The notes beneath the pieces are model-generated. The model had not been told where the DNA came from and made no database searches. It worked only from the letters and a program-made list of their open reading frames with translations. The translations under genes were made by a program, and so were the position numbers. From positions 3,487 through 67,486 of the forward strand of contig JBBRFB010000001.1 of NCBI GenBank assembly GCA_038225015.1: a stretch of 64,000 nt of DNA. Direction: 5' to 3'. This document shows, piece after piece, positions 1-10,180 of this stretch (its first letter is position 1; each line of letters opens with the position of its first letter). The DNA is from Burkholderiales bacterium. GTDB lineage: Bacteria > Pseudomonadota > Gammaproteobacteria > Burkholderiales > Burkholderiaceae_C.

Positions 1-678
1 CACGCGCGGCACGCCGGCCAGGAAAGCGGCGAGATTGCCGAGATTCAGATCGTGGCCGGCATTGACGCCGAGACCGACCTCACCCGCCGCCCGCGCCGCG
101 CTGGCGAAGGCGGCGATCGACGCCGCCTGCCGCGGTGTACCGTGGGCCGCAGCATAGGGCTCGGTGTAGAGCTCGATGCGGTCGGCGCCTAGCGATCGGG
201 CGAGCGCCATCGACGCCGGCTCGGCATCCATGAAAAGGCTGACGCGCGTGCCGAGCGCCTGCGCCTCTGCGATCAGAGGTCGCAGCTGCTCGCCGTCGCG
301 GGCCAGGTCCCACCCGTGGTCGGACGTCGACTGCTCGGCACTGTCGGGAACGAACGTGCACTGCCGCGGCCTGACCTCGGCCACCAGCGCCATCAGATTG
401 TGGAAGGGGTTGCCTTCGAGGTTGAATTCGGCGCGCGGCCAGTCGGCCATCAGCCGAGCCAGCTCGATGACGTCGTGGCGGCGGACGTGGGGCGCGTCGG
501 GGCGCGGGTGGCCGGTGGTGGCGTGCGCACCCGGCGCGCGCGCCCGCGGCGCCAGACGGGTCACGCTCGGGATCGACAGCGTGCGCTGGTTGCGCAGCAG
601 CGCCACCTTGTTGACGTTGACCGAGAGCGCGGTCGTGGTGCGCTCTTCGCCGAGCCCGCTGGTGACGAGAGGGTTCAT
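1..678 (-). CDS. pdxJ: Pyridoxine 5'-phosphate synthase (3' end runs off the window)
   Basis: Manual translation from ATG at 678: LSVNVNKVALLRN, HPRPD, FNLEGNP, TFVPD, SDHGWD, RVSLFMD, IELYTEPY, GVNAGHDLN. Follows recO as in the conserved rnc-era-recO-pdxJ operon. Confidence 0.93.
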   Translation of the reverse strand, partial: MNPLVTSGLGEERTTTALSVNVNKVALLRNQRTLSIPSVTRLAPRARAPGAHATTGHPRPDAPHVRRHDVIELARLMADWPRAEFNLEGNPFHNLMALVAEVRPRQCTFVPDSAEQSTSDHGWDLARDGEQLRPLIAEAQALGTRVSLFMDAEPASMALARSLGADRIELYTEPYAAAHGTPRQAASIAAFASAARAAGEVGLGVNAGHDLNLGNLAAFLAGVPRV

Positions 679-706
679 CGGGCGGTGGCAGTCTTGTCGC
701 GGGGGC

Positions 707-1489
707 TCATCGTTCCAGCGCCTGCGCGTCGACCATGACCTGCCGGGTGCGCAACTGGTTGGAGCCCAGATGATAGTGAAGCTGCGCGCGCAGCAGCTGG
801 CGCAGCTCGGCCAGCGCGCGCAAGGCCGCCGCCTGCAGCGCCGGCAGGTCACCCCGCGAGAGGGCCGCCTGCAGCTCGACCAGGATGGCACCGGTCGCCG
901 ACGCCTCGCCCTGGTTTCTCGACTCGACGACGCCGGCATCGGCAAGGACGACGTAGCGGCCGTCGGCGACGACCGGCATCCGGCTTGCCGTTTCCACCGC
1001 CAGATCGGGCAAGAGGCCGATCTCCTTCAGCAGAACGAGCTCGAAGGCGCGCAGCGCCGCCTGCGACTGCGGGTCGTCCCTGCCCCGAATGCCGAGCGAC
1101 ACGAGTGTCGCCGCGTAGGCGTCGAACAGCGCCGGGTGCGGATCGTGACGGGCGAGCAGCCTGAGCAGCAACTCGTTCAGGTAGAAGCCGCTGAAGAGAG
1201 CCGCGCCGGTCAGCATGGCGGCGCCACCGGCCCACTCGGCGCTGCGCAGGTTGTCGATCTCGCGGGCCTCGTCGTCGCCGGGGCGCCGGCCGAGCACGAT
1301 CGACAGCCGCTGGAACGGCAGGAGCACGCTTCTTAGCTGCGAGAACGGGCGCTTGGCACCCTTGGCAGCAGCCGCGATGCGACCCTGCTCGCGGGTGAAG
1401 ACATCGAGGATCAGGCTCGACTCGCTCCAGTCGTATCGATGCAGCACGTACGCCTGGAGCGGCGCGGCGCGGGCAGGCCGCAGGGCCAT
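707..1489 (-). CDS. recO: DNA repair protein RecO
   Basis: AYVLHRYDWSESSLILDVFTREQGRI..AKGAKRP, GFYLNELLLRLL, LRAFELVLL. ATG at 1489 lies inside ORF 707..1990; downstream of era. Confidence 0.93.
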   Translation of the reverse strand: MALRPARAAPLQAYVLHRYDWSESSLILDVFTREQGRIAAAAKGAKRPFSQLRSVLLPFQRLSIVLGRRPGDDEAREIDNLRSAEWAGGAAMLTGAALFSGFYLNELLLRLLARHDPHPALFDAYAATLVSLGIRGRDDPQSQAALRAFELVLLKEIGLLPDLAVETASRMPVVADGRYVVLADAGVVESRNQGEASATGAILVELQAALSRGDLPALQAAALRALAELRQLLRAQLHYHLGSNQLRTRQVMVDAQALER

Positions 1490-1506
1490 GGCTGCCGGGC
1501 CCGTGC

Positions 1507-2493
1507 CTATTCGTAGCCGTACGAGCGCAGGTGCGCCTCGTCGTCGGCCCAGCCCGATCGCACCTTGACCCAGAGCTCGAGGAACACCTTGGCCTCGAGC
1601 AGATGCTCGAGATCCTGGCGCGCCTCCGAGCCGATGCGCTTCAGCTTCTCGCCGCCGGCGCCGATGACCATCGCCTTGTGCGCATCGCGCTCGACGACGA
1701 TGGTTGCCGCGATGCGGCGCAGCCCGCCCTCTTCCTCGAAGCGGTCGATGACGACGGTCGAGGTGTAGGGCAGTTCGTCGCCGGTGAGGCGAAAGAGCTT
1801 TTCGCGCACGATCTCGGCGGCGAGGAAACGATCGCTGCGGTCGGTCAGCGCGTCTTCCTCGTGCAGCCAGGGTTGCTGCGGCAGGTAGGGCGCGACGATG
1901 CCGAGCAGCCGCTCGACGTCGCTCGACCGGGTCGCCGACATCGGGACGAACTCCGAGAAGGCGCGGCGGACCGCCATCGCCTGCAGCCACGGCGCCAGGT
2001 CGGCGCGGCGGGTCACTTCGTCGAGTTTGTTGGCGACCAGGATGGCGGGTCTGCCCTCGTGCAAGAGGGCGAGGACGGCGGCGTCGGCAGCGCCGAAGCG
2101 GCCAGCCTCGACCACGAACAGCACGACGTCAACGTCGGCCAGGGTGCCGGTCACTGCACGGTTGAGGACGCGATTGAGCGGCGCGCCGTGGCGGGTCTGG
2201 AAGCCCGGGGTGTCGACGAACATGAATTGCGTGGCACCGCGCGTGCGCACGCCGGTAATGCGATGCCGCGTCGTCTGCGCCTTGCCCGAGGTGATGCTGA
2301 TCTTCTGCCCGACCAGGGCGTTGAGGAGCGTCGATTTGCCGACGTTCGGCCGGCCGACGATGGCGATCAGGCCGCAGCGCCGGGCGACCGCTGCCGTCGG
2401 GCACTCCGTCGCCGAGGGCGCGGCGTCACCGGCCGACGGGCCCTCGGTGGGCACGGCCGGACGGGAGCGCGCGCCGCGGCCGCTGGCAGCCAT
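1507..2493 (-). CDS. era: GTPase Era
   Basis: G1 [22 protein letters not shown], and C-terminal KH domain ([11 protein letters not shown]; VFLELWVKV). Confidence 0.96.
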   Translation of the reverse strand: MAASGRGARSRPAVPTEGPSAGDAAPSATECPTAAVARRCGLIAIVGRPNVGKSTLLNALVGQKISITSGKAQTTRHRITGVRTRGATQFMFVDTPGFQTRHGAPLNRVLNRAVTGTLADVDVVLFVVEAGRFGAADAAVLALLHEGRPAILVANKLDEVTRRADLAPWLQAMAVRRAFSEFVPMSATRSSDVERLLGIVAPYLPQQPWLHEEDALTDRSDRFLAAEIVREKLFRLTGDELPYTSTVVIDRFEEEGGLRRIAATIVVERDAHKAMVIGAGGEKLKRIGSEARQDLEHLLEAKVFLELWVKVRSGWADDEAHLRSYGYE

Positions 2494-3197
2494 CAGGATT
2501 GCAGCGGACTTCCGGGATGGTCGCTGGCGCGCAGCGAGTCGAGCATCCGACGCGCGGCCTCCTGCTCGGCCGCCCGGCGCGACTTGCCCTCACCGGCTTC
2601 GCGCAGGCTGAGCGCGGGCACGGCGCACTCGACCTCGAAGGTCTGCGCATGGGCCTGGCCCCGGGTCGCGACGATTCGATAGGTCGGCACGGCGATGCGG
2701 CGTGCCTGCAGCCATTCCTGGAGCTCCGTCTTGGCGTCTTTCGACCAGCTGGCGACGTCGGTCGTCTCGATGATCTCGCCGAATAGGCTCTGCACCAGTG
2801 CCCGGGCCGCGGCAAACCCGCCGTCCTGGAAGGTGGCGCCGATCAATGCCTCGAGGGCGTCGGCGAGGATGGACGCGCGCAGCGCTCCCCCGCCGCGGGC
2901 CTCGCCGTCGCCGAGCAGCAGCAGCTCGGGCAGCCCGAGCTGCAGCGCCGCCCGATGCAGGCTGTCCTCGCGAACGAGGTGCGCACGGACACGGGTGAGA
3001 TCGCCCTCGGCGGAGACACCGAACCGGTCGAACAGCAAGCTCGAGACCGCCAGGCTGAGAACGGCATCGCCGAGAAATTCGAGCCGCTCGTAGTGGTCAG
3101 CGCCGAAGCTGCGGTGGGTGAGTGCCCGCTGCAGCAGGCCGGGATCGGCAAAGGTGTGGCCGATGCGCTGCTGCAGGGCGACGAGGCGGGAGTCCAT
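2493..3197 (-). CDS. rnc: Ribonuclease III
   Basis: RNase III signature [22 protein letters not shown]-terminal dsRBD ([11 protein letters not shown]...AEQEAA). Confidence 0.97.
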   Translation of the reverse strand: MDSRLVALQQRIGHTFADPGLLQRALTHRSFGADHYERLEFLGDAVLSLAVSSLLFDRFGVSAEGDLTRVRAHLVREDSLHRAALQLGLPELLLLGDGEARGGGALRASILADALEALIGATFQDGGFAAARALVQSLFGEIIETTDVASWSKDAKTELQEWLQARRIAVPTYRIVATRGQAHAQTFEVECAVPALSLREAGEGKSRRAAEQEAARRMLDSLRASDHPGSPLQS

Positions 3198-3239
3198 GTG
3201 GGGGCCAGGAGTTCGGGGCGCAGCCGCCGAACCCGGAAA

Positions 3240-3605
3240 TCAGTTCGAGCGGCCTTGGAACTTGATGAGAAGGTAAACCGGGGCCATCAGTTCCACTTCC
3301 TTGTCGTAAGCGAAGCTGACAACGATCTTCTCGTTTTCCTTGGTGATCGTCAGGTCCTTGCTGGAGATCGAGGTGATGGAGTACTCGACGTCCTTCTGGC
3401 GCTCGAACGCGGCCCGGATCTCAGGCACCGTCGAGCCCTCGGTGGTGATCTTGTTGACGGTGCGCTTGATCGTGAAGTACTCGTTCAGCGTCGGCAGAAC
3501 TCGCATGCCGATCAAGGCGAAGAAGCCGACGACGATGGCCCAGAACAACAGCCCGAACAGGCTGATGCCGCGTTGACCGCCACGGTGGCGAACCTCGTTC
3601 CTCAT
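3240..3605 (-). CDS. DUF4845-family membrane-anchored protein
   Basis: Pilin-like N-terminus QRGISLFGLLFWAIVVGFFAL. Conserved position between lepB and rnc. Start chosen at ATG 3605. Confidence 0.75.
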   Translation of the reverse strand: MRNEVRHRGGQRGISLFGLLFWAIVVGFFALIGMRVLPTLNEYFTIKRTVNKITTEGSTVPEIRAAFERQKDVEYSITSISSKDLTITKENEKIVVSFAYDKEVELMAPVYLLIKFQGRSN

Positions 3606-3637
3606 CCGCAGCCCTTCCTCTCGCACGCGCGCCCGCC

Positions 3638-4615
3638 TCACTGGAACCAGCCGATTCGCTTGAGGTCGCTGAAGTTCATCCAGATCAGGATGGCCTTGCC
3701 GACGATGTTCTCGTCGGGCACGAAGCCCCAGTACCGTGAATCCAGTGAGTCGTCGCGGTTGTCGCCCATCATGAAATAGTGGCCCGGCGGAACCTTGCAG
3801 GTCACCCCTTCGTCACTGTAGCGGCAGTTCTCCCGGAACGGAAACTGGTTGCCCGCCTGAGCCGCAAAAGAAGGGCCGAACTGAGGATTAATGAGTATGC
3901 GGTGCACGACGTTGCCGAGCTTTTCGCGGAAGTCGGGCTGGTAGCGACGTGACTCCTCGTCGTAGAACCCCGGTGCCGGCAAGCGCTCCAGGGGGACCGC
4001 AACGCCGTTCAGGTAGAGCTGCTGATTGCGAAACGAGACCTCGTCGCCCGGCACGCCGACCACCCGCTTGATGTAGTCGGTGCTGGGGTCCTTCGGGAAG
4101 CGAAACACCATCACGTCGCCGCGCTCAGGATCGTGCAGCTGGACGATCTTCTTGTTGATCACCGGCAGGCGGATACCGTAGTGGAACTTGTCGACCAGGA
4201 TCAGGTCGCCGATCAGCAGCGTCGGCTTCATCGAGCCCGACGGGATCTTGAAGGGCTCGAACAGGAAAGAGCGGAGCAGGAAGACGGCGAGGATCACCGG
4301 AAAGAGGCCGGCCGTCCAGTCGAGCCACCAGGGCTGCATGAGAAGCCTCTCACGCGCCCCGGCGACGTTGTCGTCGATCTTGGTGATGCCCTGCCGGGCG
4401 AGCTCGGCGCGGCGGGCACTGTCCTGCGCTTCCAGGCGAACCGCGGCGCGCCGGCGCTCGGGTGCGAAGTAGAAGCGCTCGGCCAGCCAGTAGGCGAAGG
4501 TGACTACCGTGAGGACGAACAGGAGCAGCGAAAAGTTGCCCGACCACCGATTGAAGTACCAGCCCAGTCCGAAGACACCGAGGCAGGCGTAGAGCAGTCC
4601 GGTCAGAACACCCAT
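3638..4615 (-). CDS. lepB: Signal peptidase I
   Basis: EPFKIPSGSMKPTL (catalytic Ser), DYIKRVVG (catalytic Lys), MMGDNRDDSLDSRYWGFVP. Confidence 0.97.
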   Translation of the reverse strand: MGVLTGLLYACLGVFGLGWYFNRWSGNFSLLLFVLTVVTFAYWLAERFYFAPERRRAAVRLEAQDSARRAELARQGITKIDDNVAGARERLLMQPWWLDWTAGLFPVILAVFLLRSFLFEPFKIPSGSMKPTLLIGDLILVDKFHYGIRLPVINKKIVQLHDPERGDVMVFRFPKDPSTDYIKRVVGVPGDEVSFRNQQLYLNGVAVPLERLPAPGFYDEESRRYQPDFREKLGNVVHRILINPQFGPSFAAQAGNQFPFRENCRYSDEGVTCKVPPGHYFMMGDNRDDSLDSRYWGFVPDENIVGKAILIWMNFSDLKRIGWFQ

Positions 4616-6424
4616 TCAATCATCCACTTGGAGAATGGCCAGGAAGGCTTCCTGCGGCACCTCGACGGTACCGATCTGCTTCATGCGCTTCTTGCCGGCC
4701 TTTTGTTTTTCGAGCAGCTTCTTCTTGCGCGTTATATCGCCGCCGTAGCACTTGGCGATGACGTTCTTTCGCAGGGCCTTGATTGTCTCACGCGCGATGA
4801 TGTTGGCCCCGATCGCCGCCTGCACCGCGACGTCATACATCTGCCGCGAGATCAGCTCGCGCATCTTCGAGACGACGGCACGGGCGCGGAACTGGCTCTG
4901 GACGCGGTGAACGATGATCGACAGGGCGTCGACCCGCTCGCCGTTGAGCAGGATGTCGACCTTGACGACGTCGGCGGCACGGTATTCCTTCCATTCGTAG
5001 TCCATCGACGCGTAGCCGCGCGAGACGCTTTTCAGCTTGTCGAAGAAGTCGAGGACGATCTCGGCCAGCGGCATCTCGTAGGTGAGCATGACCTGACGGC
5101 CGTGGTAGGCCATGTTCTGCTGGTTGCCGCGCTTCAGGTTGGCCAGCGTCATCACCGGCCCGACGTACTCCTGGGGCATGTAGAGATGCACCGTGACGAT
5201 CGGCTCCCGGATCTCCGCGATCCGGCCGGCGTCGGGCATCTTCGACGGATTCTCGATCCGCATGACCTCGCCACTGTTGAGCGCCACCTCGTAGACCACC
5301 GAGGGCGCGGTGGTGATCAGGTCCTGGTCGAATTCGCGCTCGAGCCGCTCCTGGACGATTTCCATGTGCAGTAGACCGAGGAAACCGCAGCGAAAGCCGA
5401 AGCCGAGCGCCTGGCTGACCTCGGGCTCGTAGCGCAGCGACGAGTCGTTCAGCTTGAGCTTCTCCAGGGCGTCGCGGAGCTGGTCGTACTCGCTCGCCTC
5501 GGTCGGGTAGAGGCCGGCGAAGACCTGCGGCTGGATCTCCTTGAACCCGGGCAGCGCCTCGGTCGCGACGCCGAGGTTGTTGGGCAGCTTCTTCTCCAGC
5601 GTGACGGTGTCGCCCACCCTGGCCGCCTGCAGCTCCTTGATGCCAGCGATGACGAAGCCGACCTCGCCCGCCGAGAGGCGCTCGCGCGGCACCGAGTTCG
5701 GCGTGAAGACGCCGAGCTGGTCGGCGCTGAAGACGGCGTCGCTCGCCATCAGGCGGATCCGCTCGCCGCGCGACAGCGACCCGTCCACGACCCGCACCAG
5801 CATCACGACGCCGACGTAGTTGTCGAACCAGGAGTCGACCACCATCGCCCGCAGCGGCGCCTCCGGCTCGCCGCGCGGCGCCGGCATGCGATGGACGATC
5901 GCCTCCAGAACGTCGTCGATCCCCTCCCCCGTCTTGGCGCTGCACGGGATGGCGTCCTCGGCGTCGATGCCGATCACGTCCTCGATCTCCGACCGTGCCC
6001 GCTCCGGATCGGCCTGCGGCAGGTCCATCTTGTTGAGCACGGGCACCACTTCCACCCCGAGCTCGAGCGCGGTATAGCAATTGGCCACGGTCTGCGCCTC
6101 GACGCCCTGGCTGGCGTCAACGACCAGAAGCGCCCCCTCGCACGCCGACAGCGATCGGCTGACCTCGTAGGAAAAGTCGACGTGGCCGGGGGTATCGATG
6201 AGATTCAGGCGGTAGGTCCGGCCGTCCTTTGCGGTGTAGCTGAGCGCGGCCGTCTGCGCCTTGATGGTGATGCCGCGCTCCCGCTCGATGGCCATCGAGT
6301 CGAGCACCTGCGCTTCCATTTCCCGATCGCTCAGGCCGCCGCAACGCTGGATCAAGCGGTCGGCGAGCGTCGACTTGCCGTGGTCGATGTGGGCGATGAT
6401 CGAAAAATTGCGGATCAGATCCAT
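4616..6424 (-). CDS. lepA: Translation elongation factor 4 (LepA)
   Basis: [57 protein letters not shown]. Alternative GTG start at 6430. Confidence 0.98.
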   Translation of the reverse strand: MDLIRNFSIIAHIDHGKSTLADRLIQRCGGLSDREMEAQVLDSMAIERERGITIKAQTAALSYTAKDGRTYRLNLIDTPGHVDFSYEVSRSLSACEGALLVVDASQGVEAQTVANCYTALELGVEVVPVLNKMDLPQADPERARSEIEDVIGIDAEDAIPCSAKTGEGIDDVLEAIVHRMPAPRGEPEAPLRAMVVDSWFDNYVGVVMLVRVVDGSLSRGERIRLMASDAVFSADQLGVFTPNSVPRERLSAGEVGFVIAGIKELQAARVGDTVTLEKKLPNNLGVATEALPGFKEIQPQVFAGLYPTEASEYDQLRDALEKLKLNDSSLRYEPEVSQALGFGFRCGFLGLLHMEIVQERLEREFDQDLITTAPSVVYEVALNSGEVMRIENPSKMPDAGRIAEIREPIVTVHLYMPQEYVGPVMTLANLKRGNQQNMAYHGRQVMLTYEMPLAEIVLDFFDKLKSVSRGYASMDYEWKEYRAADVVKVDILLNGERVDALSIIVHRVQSQFRARAVVSKMRELISRQMYDVAVQAAIGANIIARETIKALRKNVIAKCYGGDITRKKKLLEKQKAGKKRMKQIGTVEVPQEAFLAILQVDD

Positions 6425-6538
6425 GTTCACTGCGTCTGAGAAGTGCGCCGCCCCGTCATCACGACGGCGCGCAATCGTTCCGGCGGGTGCTCGCTTTGCC
6501 CAGCCGACTCAGGCGCGGCGTTGCCACGCGATGGGGGC

Positions 6539-6572
6539 AAAAAAAAGGCACGTCGAATGACTGACGCGCCTT
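6539..6572 (-). terminator. Intrinsic terminator on the minus strand upstream of lepA
   Basis: Minus strand reads AAGGCGCGTC-AGTCATTC-GACGTGCCTT running into an 8-nt T tract; 10-bp stem with one G-U pair. Confidence 0.75.
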
Positions 6573-6603
6573 CCAACAAAACGTATGGCAACTGCTTGTT
6601 GGG
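6539..6603 (-). ncRNA. Candidate small RNA (two hairpins)
   Basis: TACAAT -10 hexamer at 6614-6609, then hairpin CCAACAA...TTGTTGG (6602-6573), immediately followed by the terminator. No family recognised. Confidence 0.45.
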
Positions 6604-6684
6604 ATTTCATTGTAGCCAAAAGGCCCCCGCCGCAAGCCGCGCCGATGCTTGATTTCTCGACGTTGCGGGCCGCCAACACGATTT

Positions 6685-6719
6685 TTATACACAGCTTATC
6701 CACAAAGGCCTGTGGATGT
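6685..6719. promoter_or_regulatory. Cluster of DnaA boxes
   Basis: TTATACACA (6685-6693) and TTATCCACA (6696-6704) match consensus TTATNCACA. Inverted 7/9 match TGTGGATGT at 6711-6719. Confidence 0.7.
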
Positions 6720-6885
6720 GCTGGGGGCAATTTCGGCGCCTCAGCGGCGTGGCGGCGTGCGGGTCGACTCACGCTTCGGGATCGTCTCGAGGCCGAGCGT
6801 GGCTGGCCTAGGCACGAGAAGTATGTTTGCGCACACCAACGTTCGAAAGCCGGCCCGCGGCGCTCTCCCGAACCGTGGAAGAAAG

Positions 6886-8352
6886 CTATCGAGCCGGACG
6901 GATGATGAGGAAATTGACGACGCCTCCCCGACGCACCAGAACGGTGATCGGCTTGGACTTGTCGACCTTTGCGAGCGCCGTCTCGAACTGGCGCGGGCTC
7001 ACGATCTCGACGTTTTCGACCGTCAGGATCACATCGCCTGCCTGGATGCCGGCCCGTGCGGCGGCACCCTCGGCCGCCTCGACACGCACGCCGTTCTTGA
7101 CCTTCAGCTCGCGCTTCTGGACGTCGGTGAGATCGGACAGCGCCAGGCCGAGCGTGCCGACGGCCGGCGCCGCCTTCGGGCCGGCCCGCTCGGGCGCGCC
7201 CTGGGCCGCGGTCTTCTCCGGCTCACGCTCGGCGACCACCACCACGAGGTCGCGGTACGCGCCTCGGCGATACACCTGCAACGTCGTCCGGCTACCGGGC
7301 TTGATCCCGCCGATGATGCGCGGCAGTTCGGTGGCGCTGTCGACCTGCCGGGCATCCACCTTGGTGATGATGTCTCCGGCCTCGACACCGGCCTTTTCCG
7401 CGGGAGCATCGGCTTCGACCGAGCGCACCAGCGCGCCGACCGGCTTGCCCAGCCCGATCGATTCCGCCACCTCGCGACTGACACGGTCGATGGCGACGCC
7501 GATCCGGCCCCGGATGACCCGGCCGCCCGTTCGCAACTGCTCCGAGACGCGTGTCGCCTCGTCGATGGGAATCGAGAACGAGATGCCCATGTAGCCGCCG
7601 GAACGGCTGTAGATCTGCGAGTTGATGCCGACCACCTCGCCGCGCATGTTGATGAGCGGGCCGCCGGAATTGCCGGGATTGATGGCGACGTCGGTCTGTA
7701 TCAGCGGCAGCAGGTCACCCGTCTCGCGCGACTTGGCGCTGACGATGCCGGCCGTCACCGTGCTCTCGAGGCCGAAGGGCGAGCCGATCGCGATCACCCA
7801 CTCGCCGACCTTGAGCTTGGAAACGTCGCCGATGCGCACCGTCGGCAGGCCGCTGGCCTCGATCTTGACCAGGGCGACGTCGGAGCTCTTGTCGGCGCCG
7901 ATGATCTTGGCCTTGAACTCGCGCTTGTCGGCCAGCGTGACGATGACCTCCTCGGCATTGTCGACCACGTGCGCATTGGTCATGACGTAGCCGTCGGCAT
8001 TCAGGATGAAGCCGGAGCCGACGCCCCGCGGCCGCATTTCGTCGTCGGGCGCCTGCGGCGTGCGCGGGCTGGGGCGGTTCGGGATCGGCAGGCCGAAACG
8101 CCGGAAGAATTCGAGCATGTCCTCGTCGAGCTCGCCGCCCTGCCCGACCCGGCCCGCCTTGGCGCGCTCGCTGGTGCGGATGTTGACGACCGCGGGGCCG
8201 ACCTTTTCGACCAGCTCGGTGAAATCGGGCAGCCCCTGGACGAGGACGGGCGCCGGCGCGGCTTCGACGAATCCGCACAGGGCGAACACCAGCGCCGCGG
8301 CACCGATCGGGCGAAAGAGCGACGACATGGGAAGAAGGGTGGCAAGCGGCAT
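6886..8352 (-). CDS. DegP/DegQ/MucD-family periplasmic serine protease with two PDZ domains
   Basis: LPDFTELVEKVGPAVVNI, GSGFI, TNAHVV, DVAL, IQTDVAINPGNSGGPL. Follows rseB. Start uncertain (8328 or 8352). Confidence 0.93.
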   Translation of the reverse strand: MPLATLLPMSSLFRPIGAAALVFALCGFVEAAPAPVLVQGLPDFTELVEKVGPAVVNIRTSERAKAGRVGQGGELDEDMLEFFRRFGLPIPNRPSPRTPQAPDDEMRPRGVGSGFILNADGYVMTNAHVVDNAEEVIVTLADKREFKAKIIGADKSSDVALVKIEASGLPTVRIGDVSKLKVGEWVIAIGSPFGLESTVTAGIVSAKSRETGDLLPLIQTDVAINPGNSGGPLINMRGEVVGINSQIYSRSGGYMGISFSIPIDEATRVSEQLRTGGRVIRGRIGVAIDRVSREVAESIGLGKPVGALVRSVEADAPAEKAGVEAGDIITKVDARQVDSATELPRIIGGIKPGSRTTLQVYRRGAYRDLVVVVAEREPEKTAAQGAPERAGPKAAPAVGTLGLALSDLTDVQKRELKVKNGVRVEAAEGAAARAGIQAGDVILTVENVEIVSPRQFETALAKVDKSKPITVLVRRGGVVNFLIIRPAR

Positions 8353-8428
8353 GGGGGCAATCCGAAGCGTGGGACGGGCAGATGGGGGCTTCGGCGACAA
8401 ACCGAAGGTCGACTCGCCTACGGCGTTC

Positions 8429-9445
8429 TTACTTTCGTTCGAGACCGGAGGCGAAATATTTCAGAGTCACCGCCGGCGTGTCGCCGATCACCGTGACCCA
8501 CCAGTCGCCCTGGCGGCGGCTGAGCGTGAGCGTCGCCCCGACGGTGGCGAGCATCGGCGGGCCGTGGCGCTGCGGTCGAAAGGGCTCGATGAACACCGAG
8601 ACGTAGGTCAGGCCGTCGGAATAGATCGTCTGCAGGACGGCGGGGCCCGCCGCATCGCCCCCGGCCTCGCCCGGCGCCTGCATCAGGCGCGACACCGAGC
8701 TCACCTCCCTGAAGCCCGGGGCGACGTGTCGCATCACCCAGCCTGCGTCCTCGAGCTGGATCGGCGTCAGCACCGGTCGGACGACCTGGTAGCCGTCGAG
8801 CCGGCGCATCGCCTGCAGGACGCTGTCCGGCTGCGGCCGAACGCCGATCGCCACGTCGGAGAACGCCGAGGTCTCGAGGACATGGCCGTGCTCGCCTATC
8901 ACGTCGGCGCGCAGGAGCAGGCCCGAAGCATGGTCGGCCCAGAGCCGATAGCCGAAGCGGTACTTGTCGCGAGCCCGCACCGAAAGAACGTCGGCTTCCC
9001 GGCCGGCCACCCGCTCGCTGCCCTCGGCCCGCACCTCGTACAGCTCGGCGATGCCGTCGTCGCCGCCCTGCAGGAGAGCCGGAAACGAGTTGAGAAGGCC
9101 GCGCTGCTCGATCATCGCCACGTGGCTGCCCGGCCAGATCGTGTGGACCACGTTGTTGTGCCGGAACACCTTGCGCTGCCGGCCGTCGAGGGCTTCGATC
9201 CGCTCGTACTGGTTCGGCCCGTCGCAGAAGTGGGCGATCCGCGCGCTCGCGACGCTGCCGCCGCCGCTGACGACAAAGGTGCCCTGGAAATTGCGCCGGC
9301 TCGCCGCTTCGTGGATTCGAAGCAGCCAGGCCCGGACCTCGTTCGGCGCCGCCGACGCTTTTGCGGCGGGCGCTTGCGCCCAGACCGGCAGGCCGGCCGC
9401 CGCCGCCCATGCCAGGGCGAGCGGTGCGATGGCGCGACGCAGCAT
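8429..9445 (-). CDS. rseB: Sigma-E negative regulator RseB/MucB
   Basis: Signal peptide, NFQGTFVV, ERVAGRE, RDKYRFGYRLWAD..SGLLL, YSDGLTYVSVFIEP, VTVIGDTP. Confidence 0.88.
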   Translation of the reverse strand: MLRRAIAPLALAWAAAAGLPVWAQAPAAKASAAPNEVRAWLLRIHEAASRRNFQGTFVVSGGGSVASARIAHFCDGPNQYERIEALDGRQRKVFRHNNVVHTIWPGSHVAMIEQRGLLNSFPALLQGGDDGIAELYEVRAEGSERVAGREADVLSVRARDKYRFGYRLWADHASGLLLRADVIGEHGHVLETSAFSDVAIGVRPQPDSVLQAMRRLDGYQVVRPVLTPIQLEDAGWVMRHVAPGFREVSSVSRLMQAPGEAGGDAAGPAVLQTIYSDGLTYVSVFIEPFRPQRHGPPMLATVGATLTLSRRQGDWWVTVIGDTPAVTLKYFASGLERK

Positions 9446-9467
9446 CACGAGCCGGGAGCGAGCCGGC

Positions 9468-10124
9468 TCAGCGCGAGCCGGACTCGACCGTCGCGCTGCG
9501 CAGGAAGGTCGACGGGACGCCAAGCGCCGAACTGCCCGCGAACTGCTTGTGCGCGGCCAGATAGCGGTCCAGCCGGGCGTCGCGAATCATCTTGAGATCG
9601 GCGACGACGGCCGGACCGGTCTCTTCCGTGTCCGACAGCGAGACCGTCTGCGCCAGCGGCGCTACCGACGGCGGGATCGAAACGGCGGGCGGCACGACAG
9701 CGTCGTTACGGGCGATCGCCACGTCGCGGGTTCCGGGCGGCGGGGCCGCCTGCCGGCTGAAAGTGAACGCGCCGATCACGAGAAGAAAGCCTGCTGCGAC
9801 GGCCGACGACAGCATCCACGAGGAGCGACGGCGGCGCGCCGGGGCCGGCGCGATCATTGGCGCCGGCGCCAGGACAACGGGCTCGTCGGCAAGGCGGGCT
9901 CGCACGGCAGCCAGGAAGGCCGCGTCGCCGCGCACCGTCGAGGCGAGGTCATCGGAGCGCAGCACGTCGCCGATGAGGTGATACACGTGCCAGGTGCGCC
10001 GGGTGTCGGCGCCTCGCCAGCCCTCGCAAGTGGCGGCGCACGCCGCGCCGTCGAGTTCGCCGTCGGCGAGCGCGGACAGGCGCTCGCGCCCCGGAGAACC
10101 TTCGTCATCAGACCCGGTCGACAT
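9468..10124 (-). CDS. rseA: Anti-sigma-E factor RseA/MucA
   Basis: ERLSALADGEL, WHVYHLIGDVLR, one TM helix, LDRYLAAHKQF. GGAGAG RBS upstream of ATG 10124. Confidence 0.88.
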   Translation of the reverse strand: MSTGSDDEGSPGRERLSALADGELDGAACAATCEGWRGADTRRTWHVYHLIGDVLRSDDLASTVRGDAAFLAAVRARLADEPVVLAPAPMIAPAPARRRRSSWMLSSAVAAGFLLVIGAFTFSRQAAPPPGTRDVAIARNDAVVPPAVSIPPSVAPLAQTVSLSDTEETGPAVVADLKMIRDARLDRYLAAHKQFAGSSALGVPSTFLRSATVESGSR

Positions 10125-10180
10125 CGCACTCTCCATCCATCCAACGCCGGCTGCCGGCGGCTGCCCACAGCCCGACAACT

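Noticed and set aside
6640-6730. Possible oriC
   Set aside because: Only three DnaA boxes, no extended AT-rich unwinding element and no origin-associated genes; kept as an orphan box cluster.
6459-6772. Small ORFs in the degP-lepA gap
   Set aside because: No RBS or protein-like features, and they cross the terminator and the DnaA boxes.
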